From sequence record DRR378314_953: a stretch of DNA of 64,000 bases, one strand, 5' to 3'. Below are positions 61,310-64,000 of this stretch, piece by piece. The notes under the pieces were generated by a model. The model saw nothing but the letters and a program-made list of their open reading frames with translations, had not been told where the DNA came from and ran no database searches. Numbering within the stretch: the first letter of the stretch is position 1; every line of letters starts with the position of its first letter. The translations under genes were made by a program, and so were the position numbers.

Positions 61310-62547
61310 TAAAGTTTAAAATCCTATTTTTTGAGCAAAGATCGTATATTTATGTCAGTCTTATTTTTCTTGCCTTAATGTCTTTTGCTCTATCGTATGC
61401 ATTATTGTCTGTTTTTTCTTTTCTTTTAGTATTGTTTTATTTTATCGATGAAAAGAGCAAAATAATTTCAAAATTAAAAGGAGTAAAAACTAATAAGATA
61501 GTTTTGCTATATATTTTATTTTTTAGTTGCCAACTCATCGGGTTAATATATTCGTCAAACTTGGATTACGGACTTAAAAGAATCAACACTTTATTGCCCT
61601 TGCTTTTTTTGCCGGCTATAATTTACACTGAGGAATTAAATAAACATCTACTTTATAAAGCTTTATCATTTTTAAGACTATTCTTACTATTGGTGTTTTT
61701 TTATTTTTTAATAATTCATGTAATTGTTGAAGAAAGAGCCCTTCATACTTATGTTTTATATGTGTTGATAGAGAAATTGGGAATTAGTCAATTTTATATG
61801 ATTTTTATAATGACAATACCCATCCTATTCACTTTAGACGAATTATTTAATCGAAAGCAAGTATTACTTAACATTTTTATCTTGGCACTATGGTTGTTTT
61901 TTGTTTTTTTATTAACCAATAAAACTGCATTAGTAATGTTGTTTCTAATTTTTACAATAAGGTTAATGGATTTTTTTAAAAGAAGGAGCACATTTTTTAA
62001 GTTGAATATTTTAGCTTTTGTGACTTTACTATTAGTAGTATTAGCATACAATACAACTGGAATTAGTCAAAAATTAGATGTTTTAACAAAAACAACTGAT
62101 TTCGATATTGAAATAATTAAGACAAAAAACAAGGTAACTTTCACAAATAATACTCTTGAACATAGGATTTTAATAAATTATTTAGCTTTAAATGAAATTG
62201 CAAATAGCTTTCCTTTAGGAGTTGGCATTGGAGATTATCAAGACGTACTAAACAAAAATTATCAAAAGATACGTTTCAAATCAGCAATGAAACAAGGATA
62301 TAATAATCACAATCAATATGTATCAGAGTTCTTAAAAACAGGTTTACTAGGAGGTTGCATCTTTTTGATTTTACTTTTTTATTTATTTAAATCATCAAAT
62401 ATAAACAATGAATATTATTTAATTTTATTGCTTTTATTCTCAGTTGGTTGTTTTTTTGAATCTTACTTAGATAGACAGCACGGTGTATTTATCTTCAGCT
62501 TTTTCATACCTCTATTTTACAAATATGATGAATTTGAGTCAAATTAA
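61306..62547 (+). CDS. O-antigen ligase / Wzy_C family membrane protein
   Basis: About 12 TM helices, GVGIGD...YNNHNQY..GLLG, FESYLDRQHG. Confidence 0.8.
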   Translation: MIKFKILFFEQRSYIYVSLIFLALMSFALSYALLSVFSFLLVLFYFIDEKSKIISKLKGVKTNKIVLLYILFFSCQLIGLIYSSNLDYGLKRINTLLPLLFLPAIIYTEELNKHLLYKALSFLRLFLLLVFFYFLIIHVIVEERALHTYVLYVLIEKLGISQFYMIFIMTIPILFTLDELFNRKQVLLNIFILALWLFFVFLLTNKTALVMLFLIFTIRLMDFFKRRSTFFKLNILAFVTLLLVVLAYNTTGISQKLDVLTKTTDFDIEIIKTKNKVTFTNNTLEHRILINYLALNEIANSFPLGVGIGDYQDVLNKNYQKIRFKSAMKQGYNNHNQYVSEFLKTGLLGGCIFLILLFYLFKSSNINNEYYLILLLLFSVGCFFESYLDRQHGVFIFSFFIPLFYKYDEFESN

Positions 62548-62634
62548 TAGACACATATGATCAGTAAATATCATATGGGAGAAAAAATATTTTTTTTTAA
62601 TCAACTGGAATTCAACTCCTAGAACTTAATTGAG

Positions 62635-63879
62635 GTGATAAAAAAATACGGCTCCTTTATAATTAGCTTTTTGTTCACAAAATGCACGGTCTATTCAGTG
62701 CCTTTGTTATTAGCAGATATGCTATCCGCAAATGATTTTGGCGTTATGGAATATGCTTTGGCAGGTTTAGGGTTCGTTGTGAACGCCATTATAAGTTTAG
62801 GAGTTCCTGGCGGTTATCCTTTTTTTATTTTAAAACAAAAAGAAAAAACAATAATTAATGGCTTTTTGTTGCATCCCCTTTGGTTGTTATTGCTATTTAT
62901 TATCAATCAAGGGTGCTTTTATATCTTCGATTTTAAATTAGAATATTATATGGCTTTAAATGTTTCCTATATTATCGCTAATCAAGTGTTTTATTCTACA
63001 CAGTTAAAAAGTCATGAAAATCCTAGTAAAGCCATATTTTTAGACTCGGGGGTGTATTTGGTTTTAGCATTGCTTATAGTAAGTAATCAATTTGCTTGGC
63101 TAACTTTATCATTAGAAACTATAAGTTTTTTTATTGTATGTTATGCGGGAATTTTTGGGTTTACGGCAATTTATAAATTTATAAAGGGCAATAAAGCCAA
63201 TATTACGGTTCATTATAAAACTATAATAAACTATAGTATAAACGTAATGTTAGGAACCTTTCTGATTTTTTTAATAACATCTTCTGGGCGTATTTTAGCA
63301 GAATATTTTTTTTCTTTTAATGAAGTAGCTATCTATGGGTTTTACTTTAGGTTATCCGCAATTGTAGTTATGGTATACCAAATGATAAATATTATTTATT
63401 TTAAAAAAATATATACATTAGACCCTACCATTTTAGATAAATATTATAGTTTATTTTTTTTTGGAATATTTGTTTTATCCCTTTTAGTGTTTTTCTCTGT
63501 TCCTTTCTTTTTAGCCTCTTTGTCTGATTTTTTTAAAGAAACTTTTGCATTCTATAAGAAGGTTTATTTCCTGTTATCTGCGCAGATGGTAATGTGGATT
63601 GCTACTGCTTTAAATTCGAGTATTATTGATAGAGAGAATCTTGTTAAAAATAATAATTATAAGTTTTTGGTTTTAGTCCTTATAGGTGTATTTGTCCTCT
63701 TATTTATGAAAACTAACTTAACTTTGGAGTTGTTGGTTTTTATTCATTATACCATAATATTTATTGCAACACTAATTCAATATCATAGTTTAGTGAAAGG
63801 AGGTATTAGTTTTGTAAATGCAAAAAGGGTTTTAATTATGGTGTATATACTAACAACAGGATATTATTTTTTGAAATAA
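62635..63879 (+). CDS. wzx: Putative polysaccharide flippase Wzx
   Basis: About 12 TM helices, LSANDFG, VAIYGFYFR; inside polysaccharide cluster. Confidence 0.7.
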   Translation: MIKKYGSFIISFLFTKCTVYSVPLLLADMLSANDFGVMEYALAGLGFVVNAIISLGVPGGYPFFILKQKEKTIINGFLLHPLWLLLLFIINQGCFYIFDFKLEYYMALNVSYIIANQVFYSTQLKSHENPSKAIFLDSGVYLVLALLIVSNQFAWLTLSLETISFFIVCYAGIFGFTAIYKFIKGNKANITVHYKTIINYSINVMLGTFLIFLITSSGRILAEYFFSFNEVAIYGFYFRLSAIVVMVYQMINIIYFKKIYTLDPTILDKYYSLFFFGIFVLSLLVFFSVPFFLASLSDFFKETFAFYKKVYFLLSAQMVMWIATALNSSIIDRENLVKNNNYKFLVLVLIGVFVLLFMKTNLTLELLVFIHYTIIFIATLIQYHSLVKGGISFVNAKRVLIMVYILTTGYYFLK

Positions 63880-63925
63880 ATGAAAAACATACAATTCAGT
63901 TATAGGGACTCGTAATAAGTAAAAT

Positions 63926-64000
63926 ATGAAAAAGGCATTAGTGCACGATTGGTATTACGTAAATGGAGGGGCAGAAAAGGTTATCCAGTCTTTTAATAAT
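63926..64000 (+). CDS. GT4 (WbaZ-like) glycosyltransferase, N-terminal fragment running off the window
   Basis: Read manually: MKKALVHDWYYVNGGAEKVIQSFNN, with HDW...GGAE motif. Confidence 0.85.
   Translation, partial: MKKALVHDWYYVNGGAEKVIQSFNN

Noticed and set aside
315-62051. Many short antisense or overlapping ORFs in the ORF track (e.g. 1735-2286, 20990-21487, 31933-32445)
   Set aside because: They are shadows of well-supported genes on the opposite strand or frame, with no motifs.

Overview
Window from a Flavobacteriaceae (Bacteroidota) chromosome, judged from TAnnTTTG promoter boxes, sprE, the split atp operon and family-typical DUF genes. Positions 1-46 kb are mostly core genes: recA (3' part), an ECF sigma / dual-membrane anti-sigma module, plsC, trpS, dprA, envC, dut, atpBEFHAG, sprE, an ABC transporter, holB, pgk, mltD, a PorE-like OmpA protein, tatA, M23, GH3 and DUF6909. 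From about 45.8 kb a surface-polysaccharide locus begins (wzz-like, rfbBACD, pseBCFG-formyltransferase-pseI, KpsS-like transferase, acyltransferase, wzy, beta-helix lipoprotein, ligase-like, wzx, GT4) and becomes visibly more AT-rich. Main observations: (1) a ~450-bp cassette between rfbB and rfbA in which a DUF559 nuclease gene with a likely premature stop is bracketed by GC-rich, self-palindromic inverted repeats; (2) a pseudaminic acid pathway with a formyltransferase where pseH normally sits, predicting 7-N-formyl-Pse; (3) an envelope-spanning anti-sigma with a candidate ECF promoter; (4) a shared 21-bp-period direct-repeat motif upstream of two neighbouring genes. No rRNA, tRNA, CRISPR array or transposase was seen. 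All family assignments are by eye from motifs, not database searches.
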